A DNA stretch of 63,956 bases, counting the filler, from Reticulomyxa filosa (taxonomy: Eukaryota; Protista; Foraminifera): the NCBI GenBank assembly GCA_000512085.1. It is 23 parts of 23 records of this genome, joined end to end, with 100 filler letters (N's around TTAATTAATTAA, not from the genome) between each part and the next. Parts side by side here need not be neighbours in the genome. Positions count along the whole stretch, not along the records: positions 52,140 to 56,760 come from ASPP01022343.1; positions 56,861 to 58,295 come from ASPP01049811.1; positions 58,396 to 63,956 come from ASPP01001452.1; 20 more parts are not named here. One strand, 5' to 3'. This document shows, piece by piece, positions 52,140 through 63,956 of the stretch (within the stretch, counting starts at the first letter, position 1; every line of letters starts with the position of its first letter). The notes beneath the pieces were generated by a model. That model searched no databases and had not been told where the DNA came from. It saw only the letters and a list, made by a program, of their open reading frames with translations. Position numbers and translations under genes: made by a program.

Positions 52140-54620
52140 GGCCGGGGCCCTATACATAACAATAATATTATAATATTATTATAATATATATAAACAAAAA
52201 CAAAAACAAAATAACAAAACTTTTTTTTTTTGTTTGATGGGCTGGAGCCCGTTAGAGACGGGTCGGAGCCCGTTGGAGCACGAGTAGGTTGCTGGGGCCC
52301 TATGAACGATAATAAAATTAGTATTATAATTAATACATAAAACAAACAATCAAAACTTTTTATTTTTTTGTTGAGACGGGTGGGAACCCGTGGTCGAGAG
52401 CGGGTGGTGTTTCGGAGGCAGGGGCCCTAAAAAGCAATAACAAATCCGTTATAACATTTTAAAAAAAAAAAAAATCAAAACTTTTTTTTTATTTGGTTGA
52501 CACGGGTTGGAAACCCGTTGACGCGCTGGAACGGGGGTTCGAGGCACCGGGGCCCTATAAATAATAATTTTATTATTAATATGAGATTAAAAAACAAAAA
52601 CAAAACAACAAAACTTTTTTTTTTTTGTTTGATGGGTTCTAAACCCGTTTTGCTCGCTTGTTGCGGGCCACAGGGCCAGTGTCACAGGTGCACTATAAAT
52701 AATAATCAAAATATATTTGTAATCAAAAACAAAACAAACAAAGCTTTTTATTTATTTACATTAGTTGTGCCTTGGTCGCGTGCTGGATTGCGGTCTCGGA
52801 GCATTGAATCTATTTGGAAAATAGTTTATCTTATTGTTGATATGAATTTTAAAAAATAGATCAAAACTTTTTTTTATTTTGTTGGATGCTGGTTGGAGAC
52901 TGTTGGAAGCGCAAATAATTGACTGTGCGCCGTTGCACTGTAAACAGTGATCATATCATAATATGATTATATTAATAATAAATGAATAAGATATGTAATC
53001 ATACCTTTTTTTGTTGGATGGGTTTTGAACCCGTAATTTGATGTTATCGGGAGGGGGTCTTTGAGGCAGCTCCCTGTGAGTACAATAGTGAGTTTTAATT
53101 ACTAGAAAGATAACATAAAATAGATCAATACTTTCTTTTTGTTGTTGGTAACGGGTTGGAGACCCGTTTGAGCGCGCAGGAGGTGGCCGTTGCATTGGAG
53201 CTATATAAACAATTATATGCGTAATAATCAGCAATAAATAAAACAAATAAACAAAACTTATTATTGTCAATGCGGGTTTTGACCCGTGGTCGCGCAGGAT
53301 TTGGTCGGATTTACTGCGGCCCTATAAATAATAATTATATTATTTTTATTATATTAAAAAACAAATGCACAACAAAACTTTTTTTGTTTGAAGGGTTTTA
53401 AACCCGTAGTTGGTGGTCTCGGATGTGGCCCTATATACACATAATAATCTTTAATAATAATATAAATAATAAAAGATAAATCAAAACTTTTTTATATTTT
53501 TGTCGGAAGCGGGTTGGAGATCAGTTGGGGCACGCAGTATGTAGTTGGGGCATTTGACACCTATAAATAATTATATTGTAATAATAATAATAATTAATTA
53601 ATAAAACAAATAAGCAAAACTTTTTTTTTTTTTATTGATGCGGGCTGGTAGCACGTGATTGGTCGCGCGGTATTTGGCTCGGAGCGCCACGGACCTATAA
53701 ATAATAATATCATTATTATTATAATATAAAAGAACACAAAACAAAATAACAAAACTTTTTTTTTTGTTTGATGGGCTGGAGCCCGTTAGAGATGGGTCGG
53801 AGCCCGTTGGAACATGCTGTTGATTGAGGGGGCCCTATAGACAATAATAATTTTTAATTATAGTAAATAAATTAAAGAAACAAGCAAAACTTTTTTTTAA
53901 TTTTATTGAGACGGGTTGGGAACCCACTGTGGATAGCGCAGGTCGGGTTTCGGTGTGGTGGCTCTATAACACAATAACAGGACCGTTATAATAATTTTAA
54001 AGATATATGCATATATCAATACTTTTTTTTTATTTATTTGACACGGGTTTTAAACCCTTGATGCGCTGGAGCGTGTTCGATGCGCTGGGGCCTATTAATT
54101 GTTATTATTATTATTATTATTATATAAAATAATAAAAATAAAACAGCAAAACTTTATTTTTTTTCTTTGTGAGCGGGTTACAACCCGTTGGACGCTGGCA
54201 ATTGCCACTTGGCCATGCGATTGTCACTGTTCTCCTATAAGTTGCGACAATAGTATGTTTATAAAGAAAAGCAAAACAAAACAAAATTAACTTTTTTTTT
54301 TGCACTGGTCGATGGACTCGTGCTCTGTAAAAATATTATTTTGGTGTTGCTGTCAGCAAAAAATAAATAAATAAATCTAAACTTTTTGTTGACGGGTTTT
54401 AAGCCCGGAGTTGCGGCTTGGAGCCGCTTGGCATTGGTGTTATTATAAATAATAACCCCGATACCAAATTTATAAAAACATCCCGAATGTTTTTTCGGGC
54501 TTTGTGCCCGTTCTTTGTGCCTGGATGTCATTTTGCACCTATGAAAAAAAAATTTTAAAGTATTGTTACACACATATACACACATAAATACTAAACTTTT
54601 TTTTTTGGGCAATCATTGTA
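52140..54620 (-). repeat. Tandem array of ~20 micro-exon/intron-like units (~125-130 bp period)
   Basis: Minus-strand unit: YAG | GC-rich 35-80 nt ending ACGGG-N6/7-CCCRY..CAAC-A-run | GTTTTG or GTATTG | AT-rich 55-75 nt. Confidence 0.88.
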
Positions 54621-55031
54621 AGCCCTTTGTTTGGGGATGGTGTTGCTTTCGCAACAACAGAATGTAGTGATTGTACTACATTACACCATCCCATATTTTG
54701 TTGGAGGGTCGGCTTGACGTTGACGTCAGTGCCGATTGTTTGTGGATTGTGTGTGGTGTGTGGTGTGTGTATGGGGAGTTGGGGGTATTGTGTGTGTGTG
54801 GTATGGTAGTTGTTGAGTTGGACGTTGAGCATGGTGTGATGGGGTGGGATGGAGTCTGACAAGGGATGGAGTTGGATGATGTGGTGTTGAGTGCTGCGGC
54901 ATTGATTGTGATGATGGATGATGATGCAACATGGGCGTCAAGCCCTTAAATTGATGTTGGTGCGATATGCACCTGCTTTCAGGAGCAATGATGTGGTGAT
55001 AGCGTTCAAATAGTTTTAGCACGGGGTACAC
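54600..55031 (-). other. His/Pro/Thr-rich putative leading exon of the array
   Basis: Overlapping ORFs 54726-55031 and 54566-54862. Ends in GCCC-A-run|GTTTAG, like the array units. Confidence 0.4.
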
Positions 55032-56940
55032 GACAAATAAACGTGTATGGGTTGGACGTGTTTACAGTGTGATGCTAATTGACTGTGAAGTGTGGCAACA
55101 CAACGACAAGGTTGGATTGCATCATCGATTTACAGAAATGGCAAATTAGCTGTTAATTTTGTGTGTCTGCTACTTGTAAAGGTTCGAAAACAAACGGAAG
55201 CTCGGCTACAAACATTGTCAAAAACTTTTGGTTGTTTGTGAGATTGCTTTTTGAAAATAGCTTGAACAATTAATTGGTAATTATTAATAGATTATTTGCG
55301 CAGAATTTTCGCACTTGTGTTTTACTCATCAAAAAAAATTCGCATTGAGAAATGCACTAATAAAAAAAAGTTAATTCATTAAAAAAATAGTCCACACACA
55401 CGTTGCACCGTGCCTTTGAACCAAAACGCAACAACAAATTGTGTGAACGGCACAAAGCAGTGGACACGTCCTTAGTGGTTCTCAACCTCGCTTGCGTCAA
55501 GATCACTAAAAGGCAGGCCACCGCCTCTCAAAAAATTCATGCGGCTGGGCAAGTATAAGCTCCAAGCAATTTTTTTGTTCCGAGAACAAATGCCTATGAT
55601 GGAAGGCCTCAACCGCACATTTTTGTGGGTCACCAGTTTCATCGAAAAGGCCAACGAAATAAGACCTGGCCAATGTTTATTCCGAAAGGGTAGGTCCATC
55701 TGGTTTGCAATCTAGATTTCACAAACAAACTCTTTTTTTTTTTTTTTTTTTTGAAAGGGGACATGATGGGGGACGGAAAAAAAGAGAACCGAGATACCCA
55801 AAAAAAAATTCTCAAAAACCACTTCTACGTAATTGCACACATTGTCTGTTTGTTTTTAATTATCGTCGTCTTACCTATATATTCTGGCACGTGATAATAT
55901 TTTATTTATTCTTAGGGCGTGGTAAGAACAAGCAAGGACGTGACGATGAAAATTATCTTTTTCAAATATTTTCATTAGCAACCCCTTGACGTAGAATTCG
56001 CAGCTTCTAAAACTGCACTCCAAATCTCCATTAATGCTAAGTGCGCCAGTACTTTCTTTGGCCAATGTTAAGTTCTGGTCTTTGGATCAGAGACTCTTCG
56101 ACAGACCGAGATTTTATCCGTTGCTTCCTCTTTTGCTGACGACAGCGTTTCCAAGGCCCTCGTGATTCTTGTGCTAATGTATTAGTTTTGCTTTGATGTG
56201 GCCATAATCGCACTTTTGTCTTGATTGTCATCTTGTCTATTGAATTATGGGGTAATTAGTTTTTTTCAAAAAGACTTGGTACAGCTTTACTTCCCCAAAA
56301 GAAAAGAACAAACACCATTGTTAAAAAAATAATGTTATTTATGAATTAGTAAGAGTTGTGAAGTATTTGAAAGATGATCGAACACTTTTATAACTTTCAT
56401 TCAATTATAAAAATCACATATAAAATTGCAAATTTACATACTTGCTTTTCCTTGTTTCACTACGACAATATTTCTTATATAATTGTCAGCTATTACAAAA
56501 TACTTAAAATTCAAGGAGATACAGTCAAAATATTGCCTATGTAATAATCAAAACAAAACTGGACAAGGGTCCAAAAGAGAGTGAGCGAAAGATGAGACAA
56601 AGGAAAAATAAGTTTTTTTGGAATTATAATAACATAAGGCTATTTTCAAAGATGCCAAGCTCATATAGAGACATAATATGCTACTTCTGTCTATTTTGGA
56701 TGGCCGCATCCGTTCTTGGGTATGTTGCAATTACCAGTTTCTTAAAGGAGTGGAACTCAGNNNNNNNNNNNNNNNNNNNNNNNNNNNNNNNNNNNNNNNN
56801 NNNNTTAATTAATTAANNNNNNNNNNNNNNNNNNNNNNNNNNNNNNNNNNNNNNNNNNNNTATTTTAAATATCAAAATTTTGAAATATCAATTAAAAAAA
56901 TTAATAATAAAGAAAATTAGCAAAAAAAAAAATTTTAATA

Positions 56941-57072
56941 TTTAAAAACTACAAGATTAGTAGATATTTTTTTAAAAAAAAATTAGGTTTAAATCTTTAT
57001 TTTTCATGAAGAAAATCAATTCTCTTCATATAGTGCCATTTAGGTATGGCAGTCTTTTTTGCAATCTACTGT
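56941..57072 (+). repeat. Dispersed repeat family A copy
   Basis: Near-identical to 58681-58792 on a different contig (TTCTCTTCATATAGTGCCATTTAGGTATGG...GCAATCTACTGT). Confidence 0.85.
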
Positions 57073-58162
57073 ATTTATCAATCGATTGGTGAAATTTTGG
57101 TGAAATAACTTTGCAGTGTGACGAAGCTAGGCGCGTTTTTCCAGGCTGTACAATATAAACTTATACATTACTCCGCTTGCACCCACTCGGCTAGTCTTTT
57201 TATGGAAAACTTGTTTACAAACGTACATAAAAAAAAGGTTGAAACGCCAGTTGGGACGTGATTTTTATATGTAATTGCAGAGTTTTGATTTAAGGTGGAA
57301 TGAAGTTATGTGTATATTTATTTCTTTATTTAAACTCAAATTAACCTTTTTCGTTCTGCCTTTAATCAAACTTAAATTTTTTTTTTTGTGTGCTCAAACA
57401 TTATTATATTAATAAAAGTGATTGTCCAAAATATAATTATTTAATAACAAGAAGTCACAAATATTTTCTGCCTTAAATATTATAAGAAGATTCAATTTTT
57501 TGATTTGTCATTGTTTATCTTATTTAGAAATATAAACAACAGAATTTTTATTTTTTTTTATCTTTTGATAAACATTAAAAATTTCAACAATGTGCGTAAA
57601 TCCAATTACGCATAAAGTTCTTATACAACACAACATTTCAAAATCAAGTGTTTTGTATTCAACTGAATTTTTCTCCTTATTTGAAAACAGTTTGTTTAGT
57701 TTTGTTATTTTCTTCTTCATTTTTAATAATTATTACAAGAATACCAAACTCACTGCCTTGATTGTAACAAACACTTGTGAATCAATCAAAAACATTTTTC
57801 TTCATACAATAACACAAAGTTTTTTATTTACTTGTAAACACTTTTTTTGGAGTCGACAATAGTTCTTTTTAAAGGTTATTTGGGTTTATGGAAAAATATT
57901 TGTACATGAATAAAGCATTTCCCTTTTTTCTTGTTCATATTAAATTTTTTATATTTCACTTTTGCCGTAAGACATACAACAAATTTTATGCAAGGATAAT
58001 AACACTATTCTCGTGTCATGGATATTACTGTTGATCCACAAATGCAATTTTTGTTTGAACGAAGTATTTTTCAATAAAAACTTTATTTTTGTAAATTTCT
58101 AAATCAAGTTTCTGAACCTTCAACATAATAAAAAAGGAGTTTATTTTGAAATTTACTTCATC

Positions 58163-58287
58163 ATGCTTGCACAACTTCAACAAACGTTTCCTAACATAGC
58201 TGAAGAGGTTGTCTTACAGGCATGGAAGACGTGTATGGAAAACGCTGCTAGGACAAAAGATGTCTTAACTTGGCTAACAGAAAACAC
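58163..58287 (+). CDS. First exon of a protein with a CUE-like N-terminus
   Basis: MLAQLQQTFPNIAEEVVLQAWKTCMENAARTKDVLTWL has the FP motif and ends at a GTAA donor. Confidence 0.4.
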
Positions 58288-58680
58288 GTAACAATNNNNN
58301 NNNNNNNNNNNNNNNNNNNNNNNNNNNNNNNNNNNNNNNTTAATTAATTAANNNNNNNNNNNNNNNNNNNNNNNNNNNNNNNNNNNNNNNNNNNNTTTCA
58401 ATTTTTCAAAAAAACTGTGTTTGATTCAACATCACATTAAGGTTTTTTGAAGAGAATTTTCAATTTGCTGTAGATTCTGAAAAAAGAACGATATATTTTA
58501 TCGTACATATTCAAATATTCCTTGTTTATTTTTGATACGTATTTGAGTGTTCAACTATTTGGAAAATCAATGGATTATTACTTAATGCAATCAAGTTACC
58601 TTTTATTATTGTTGATTTAATCAATCCTTTTTTTTTCTTCCAAGTGCCGTTTTAGGTATCAATTTTACTTTGCATTCTAC

Positions 58681-58792
58681 TGTATATATTTTTTAAAAAA
58701 ATTAGGTTTAAATTTTTAATTTTCATGGAGAAAATCGATTCTCTTCATATAGTGCCATTTAGGTATGGTAGTTTTTTTTGCAATCTACTGTA
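58681..58792 (+). repeat. Dispersed repeat family A copy
   Basis: Near-identical to 56959-57072. Confidence 0.85.
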
Positions 58793-59470
58793 AGAAATGA
58801 AAGTATTTTTGTTTGAAAAGTTTTATTAAAAGAAAGTAAGATAATAAAATACAGACCAAATAAATGTAATAACAAAAAGATGTTCTTTTAAAACCGCAAA
58901 ATGTATTAAATGATCTGCATTCATATGCATGTCCAAAATACGCAAATTTACTTCTTCAAAAAAGAATGTATAGATAGCTATATATCTTTAAAAATCACAT
59001 TGCCGTCCAGGTTTAAACGTCAGCACTTTGATTACCAAACAATATTTTTAAATCAAAAATCATTTTAATAAAGTGATTTTTCGACTTTTTTACTTTCTTA
59101 CTTCGAGATTAACAAATCCATTATAGATTCGATAAACACTGTTTTTTAAAGTCATTTGTGAGCATTTTATGTTTTAGCTGTCAATATTTTGAAGTTTATG
59201 TTTTTCATATGATTTTTTAAAACTATTTTTTGGTGAAGTATTGTTCAAAAAAAGACTATTAAATCTTTTCAACTTTACTTCATCAAATTGTTGATTAAAT
59301 TTGCATTCACAACAAAAAGTACAAAACAAGTATCAACGTCTTATGCTATAAATAAAAAACGATCGCTTGATCATATAGTTTAATTTTAATTCGTTTTGTT
59401 AAACATAAAAGAATAAACTTCACACATTACCCGAAACGTTCTTCAATACTTCTTTTAATATAACAATTTT

Positions 59471-59572
59471 ATACAGATCCTTGAAAACACTTTTCTTTTA
59501 ATAGATTTTTGTGAGAAATAAAATTCAGGATCCAAGTGATCTAATTTTTGTCGAATCCTTAAAGTTAATTTT
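59471..59572 (+). repeat. Dispersed repeat family B copy
   Basis: Matches 47339-47443. Confidence 0.75.
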
Positions 59573-61689
59573 CTATGTAAATATCGAATTTGTATTATAA
59601 TTGGATAAAAGCGAAATTTAGTATACCAGATTGTTGTCAATATTTTTGTTTTGTTTATGTACAAGCGCAATCAAAAGAAGTGCAGACACAAGAAGAAACA
59701 GTATTCAGAATTAAATTTTACGAATAAATATTGATTAAATTTTTTTATCTTCTTGTTGTTTATTTTCTTTAACTGATTTGGTAATTTAATCAAAATATTT
59801 GTTTTGCCAGTTTAAGCATTTTCTTCGTCTTTGGATGATCTGTCGAAGAATCATTTCAATTTGTTGCACATTTTTCAAAAATTCATTGTATTGATAGTTC
59901 AAATATCGGATTATTTGATAAATACTTAATTAATAAGTTCTTTGTTAAACATTTAATTTTGATTATATTATTCAAGTACATTTGCACATGATTTGCGAAT
60001 ATCATAACAAATTATGGTTTTATACATAAATACTAATTTGGCATCGCCTGAACAATAATATAAATAAACACCATTATCCTTAAATTTAATATTTTTAATT
60101 TAAAATGATATTCTAAATTTTCAATCAAGTGTTGCTTTAAATTTTTCCTTTGGCAAAAATATCTATATCCAAATGATATAAACTAGCAATTACATTTCTT
60201 TAAAGGACATATAATATCCAAATGATGATTTAAATATTGCTTCTAAAAATTACATTTAACTTTATCATCAGTATTTTTTTCTGGTGTTTTTAATGTTGCT
60301 TCGTATTGCAAAGGATATATAACCTTCAATTTATTGACAATATATGGCAATGTTTTTGATTTAAGATAACTTTAACAATTATGATAAATGTTATTATTAT
60401 TACTTTTGAGAACTGTCTAAGATAACTTTCTCCAGCAACTATGGTTTAATATCTTTGTATTGTTCACAAATAATTTCAATTTGATTGTTTTGCAACTTTG
60501 TTGCAAAACTGTCAAAAAAGAATGTCTACTTTATCTTTACTTTTTATTTTTAATATATAATTTGATCAAAACATGAACTGTTGGAAGATTCTGGAATTGA
60601 TCAGTTTGAACGGTTCCACATAAAATGTATCATTATTTAATGATATAAAATATTGTTTTTTTTTAAGGGTTGGATATATATCACATTTTGTTTTTTAAAA
60701 AAATTTTTGTTAGAGTATTAAAACACAATTGTCATATCAACAAAGTTTTTATTTTAAAGTAAAGATAGAGCATACAAATATATTATCTATTATTATGATA
60801 TTCCAAAGAAATAAGTATAATTTCATTTATCTGTTTTACTTTTTTTTCACCTTCAAAAGATTTCTATTTACTAAATAAATATACGCATTTGTTTTTGAAA
60901 AGGAAAGAGATATTTATTCATTTTTTCAAAATAAATAATCACTTCATTGAAAATGAATGGAACTAAAAAAAAATCTTTATTGCCTTTTTGATAATCTTAG
61001 TCTTTGAGCACATTTTGCGAAAATAATTATTTGTTATTCGTTTTTACAGTTACATTTTTTAAACTAAAAGTATTACAAAAAAAGTACTAAGAAATATTTT
61101 TTGAAAATGCCTTAAAAAAAATCTAATATTAACTTTCAAAAATTTATAAAGGTTTCTAATTTTAAAATATTTTGTAAAGATTAAAAAAAATAATTGACAA
61201 CTATACTTAACACTGAGTATCTAAAAAAAATTTCTGATTCACATGTATGGAAGACGATATGTGAATATGAAACATGACCAGACAGTACGTGTGTCTATGG
61301 AAAGCATTGTCAGATTAACGGGAAAAGATATGTCCAACTGGACAACAAAAGGAATTCTGAATAATGTTATCAAAAACACGTATAAAAAACCAAGCATTTC
61401 AATTTCATATGTTTTATGCATTATGTAACACTGAATAATGAACAAATTGAACAGAAGAATTTTAAAAGTATTACTGGTTTCCAAAATGAAACAAGCAATA
61501 AATATTGCTTACATAATATTATAGGTACTCTTACTATATACATAGAGACATTTTTTAAAAAAGAAACAGCATGTGTTATACAATATAGCAATGTGAAAAT
61601 AGGCACACAAGAAGGAGATGAATTAACATAAAATTTCCATGGATGCATTCTGCAAAAATTTTGATCCTGTGCCATTCCAGGCTTCTTTG

Positions 61690-61932
61690 CTATTGTCATT
61701 TGTATCGCTCCAGGTTCCTGTGATATTTTTGATTATTGCATCATTTCTGGCTCCTGTAACATCTCTTGATTTTGTGTCATTTATGTCAGTTGTGTTATTT
61801 CTGTCATTGGTGGCATTACTGATATTTGTGTTATTTTGACATTGGCCATTCCTATCATTGGTGTCATCCCTGTTATTTGTATCATTACTGTCATTGGTAT
61901 TGTTCCTGTCATTGGTGTCATTACTTTCCATT
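61690..61932 (-). repeat. Degenerate 9-bp-based repeat (AATGACANN) encoding Asn-Asp-Thr/Arg
   Basis: ORF 61623-61931: NDTNDRNNTNDSNDTNNRDDTNDR. Confidence 0.7.
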
Positions 61933-62880
61933 GAATCCTGAAAGAATTAAATTGCTATGTTCATTATATAAGCATATAAACAATTTTCTCTTTCATTTTT
62001 TAACCAAAAAAGAGAAATCCTAATTTGACATAGCAAAATTCCAAAAAACAATTTCTTTCCGTTTGAAGAAGCATATGAAAATAGCATATTTTATTGAGAA
62101 TAAGATCATACCATTTGGTATGAATGTTTCTGACATCAGAGAAATCATTGTAGTAAGTAATATCAATATTAAATTCTGAAGAGTTTGGTAATATTTTTAC
62201 TTTTAATTGTACCATAATAAAATTTTAAATACTTCAATTCTGTTGTCGTCCAATAACACGATCATTTGATTTGCATAATCAAATATAATTTCATATTCTT
62301 GGAATATCTGATTTGAGTTACATAAAACATAATCCAATGTTGAATACATAACGAATAACCTCTTTATTTTTTTGAATTGTAAAATATATACATATACTGT
62401 ATATTGATCCATCAACAATAATAAAAATTGAATCCTTTTTGATAATATTTGCTTTTTTTTTGAAATGCAAATGTCTTTGATTAATTCTCCATAATCAATA
62501 AAACATTACCAAAGCAGCATATTTTAACTGGCATTTATATTGTAAATTGTTGTGTAAACAAGTGATACTGATTCAGCGATATTTAGCCTTTTGGAATAAT
62601 GTAAGACTTTATGTAATACATGCAAACACATATTTCTTAATATTTCAAATTCACAATCTAATGTAATCCTATATGACAAACAATAATAACATTTATCACA
62701 CAAATGAATATATATTTTTAACCTTTTAATGTCTTTGATACAATAAAATGGCTTCAATTTGAAAAAACTCATAAAATAAATTTGTTTACATTCGTTCCAT
62801 GTTTTTATAAGTGTTGAATTATTGATGCATTCGTTAAATTCTTCCACTAGTTTCATTAAATCTTTTGGATAATGATACAT
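61933..62880 (-). pseudogene. Degraded gene upstream of the NDT repeat
   Basis: Successive short ORFs (62524-62880, 62203-62418, 62000-62215) in shifting frames. Confidence 0.3.
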
Positions 62881-63956
62881 AATTGATATTATAATGTTCT
62901 TGAATGAAAAGTGTAGGATTATTTTTTTTTAAAAAAAAAGGAAAAAAAGACGAAAATTAAATGAATGATGAAATGAATGATTGCCTTTTTTCAACAAAGT
63001 TTACAGGAATTATTTTTAAAAATTGTTCAGCTAAGAAACAGACCATCAAAGAAATTACATTTAAAAGTTAAACCTTGATAATATTTTTTGAAAAGAAATT
63101 AAAGTTTTAGATTTTAAAAATATCATGAATTGTTGTCTGTATTTTTAAAATTGTAAATAAAACAAGTCGTTTCTAACTTTTATTTGCGAGCAACACGATA
63201 ACAAAAAAATTGAAAAAGGAAAACCATAGATTAAAAAGTTCTGTTAATATATTTATGTATTCTTCACAAGATGAGCATATGGAAATGTGATAAGAACAGG
63301 CCCCCTCACTTGGGAAATTGTAGTAGACAAGTTTAAGCTTTCGTCAAAGCAGATAGAAGTGTTGCATATGTCCAATGCATTTTATGAGAGTCTGTTAGAC
63401 GAAATAAAAAAAGTAGAACATCAAATTCTTATTTACATACTGTACATTGGACAAGGCATTGGAGCAAAGCCAGAGTTGACAGTAATATCGTGATAGAGTA
63501 CAGTCTATGACTGCGCAGCATGGATGCGAATGCGTACTATCTAAGCACATATCTCCGATCATTGGTTACAATTCAACCGTCGACATTCGATTATTTCGCT
63601 CACCGTATCTCAGTTGTAAAACTATTTACACAAAAAAAAACATATATACATATATATTTTGTGTGTGAACTAATATATGGTCGTCGAAGACAAAACGGAC
63701 ATATATTACCACGTTGAAAAGAAAAGATGTAATACATTGTCAGTTCATTATTATCAAGAAAATACCAGTCACTAGGGAACAATCAGACTCAAACTCAAAC
63801 TCAATCCTCCACCTGCTATCATTGAAGCCAAAGAAGATTGTTATGAAGTACCTGCTGTCACTCACCAAGCCACTCAATCACAAAGTATTAGTATTAGCAA
63901 TTCTAAATTACAAGTGGCTTCACATAATACTACTTAATATCCTTTTTTTTTTATTT

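Noticed and set aside
52220-54200. Rho-independent terminators or tRNA genes in the array
   Set aside because: On the plus strand the T-run precedes the hairpin, and on the minus strand an A-run follows it. No cloverleaf or A/B boxes were seen.
52140-54620. CRISPR array
   Set aside because: The repeats are too degenerate, units are ~125 bp, spacers are intron-like, the context is eukaryotic and no cas genes are present.

Overview
This window is not continuous genome. It is 23 short draft contigs joined by 22 artificial 100-bp linkers (44 N + TTAATTAATTAA + 44 N), so nothing can be inferred across a linker. Twenty-two contigs are AT-rich, intron-containing eukaryotic DNA. EFL (elongation factor-like GTPase) and the style of the expanded WD40, Kelch-like, TRAF-like and caspase-like families suggest a foraminiferan, most likely Reticulomyxa filosa (inference). 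One contig (28718-30092) is GC-rich bacterial DNA encoding part of a dpp/opp ABC transporter. Recognisable genes: a secreted PT-repeat mucin-like protein, phosphatidylserine synthase, insulysin, an HSP70-like/caspase-like fusion, a UspA protein, TFIIH p34, EFL, a kinesin, Kelch-like, WD40 and ankyrin-like proteins, and many decayed paralogues. Single-base indels in homopolymers break many genes and look like sequencing error. The best leads are: (1) a ~2.5-kb array of ~20 GC-rich micro-exon-like units (52140-54620), most carrying an ACGGG-N6/7-CCCRY hairpin, with conserved splice signals but no common reading frame; (2) a Zn-finger + RelA/SpoT-like nucleotidyltransferase protein that may be the N-terminus of an NLR-like receptor (41325-42786); (3) the HSP70-like/caspase-like fusion (about 14690-16025).
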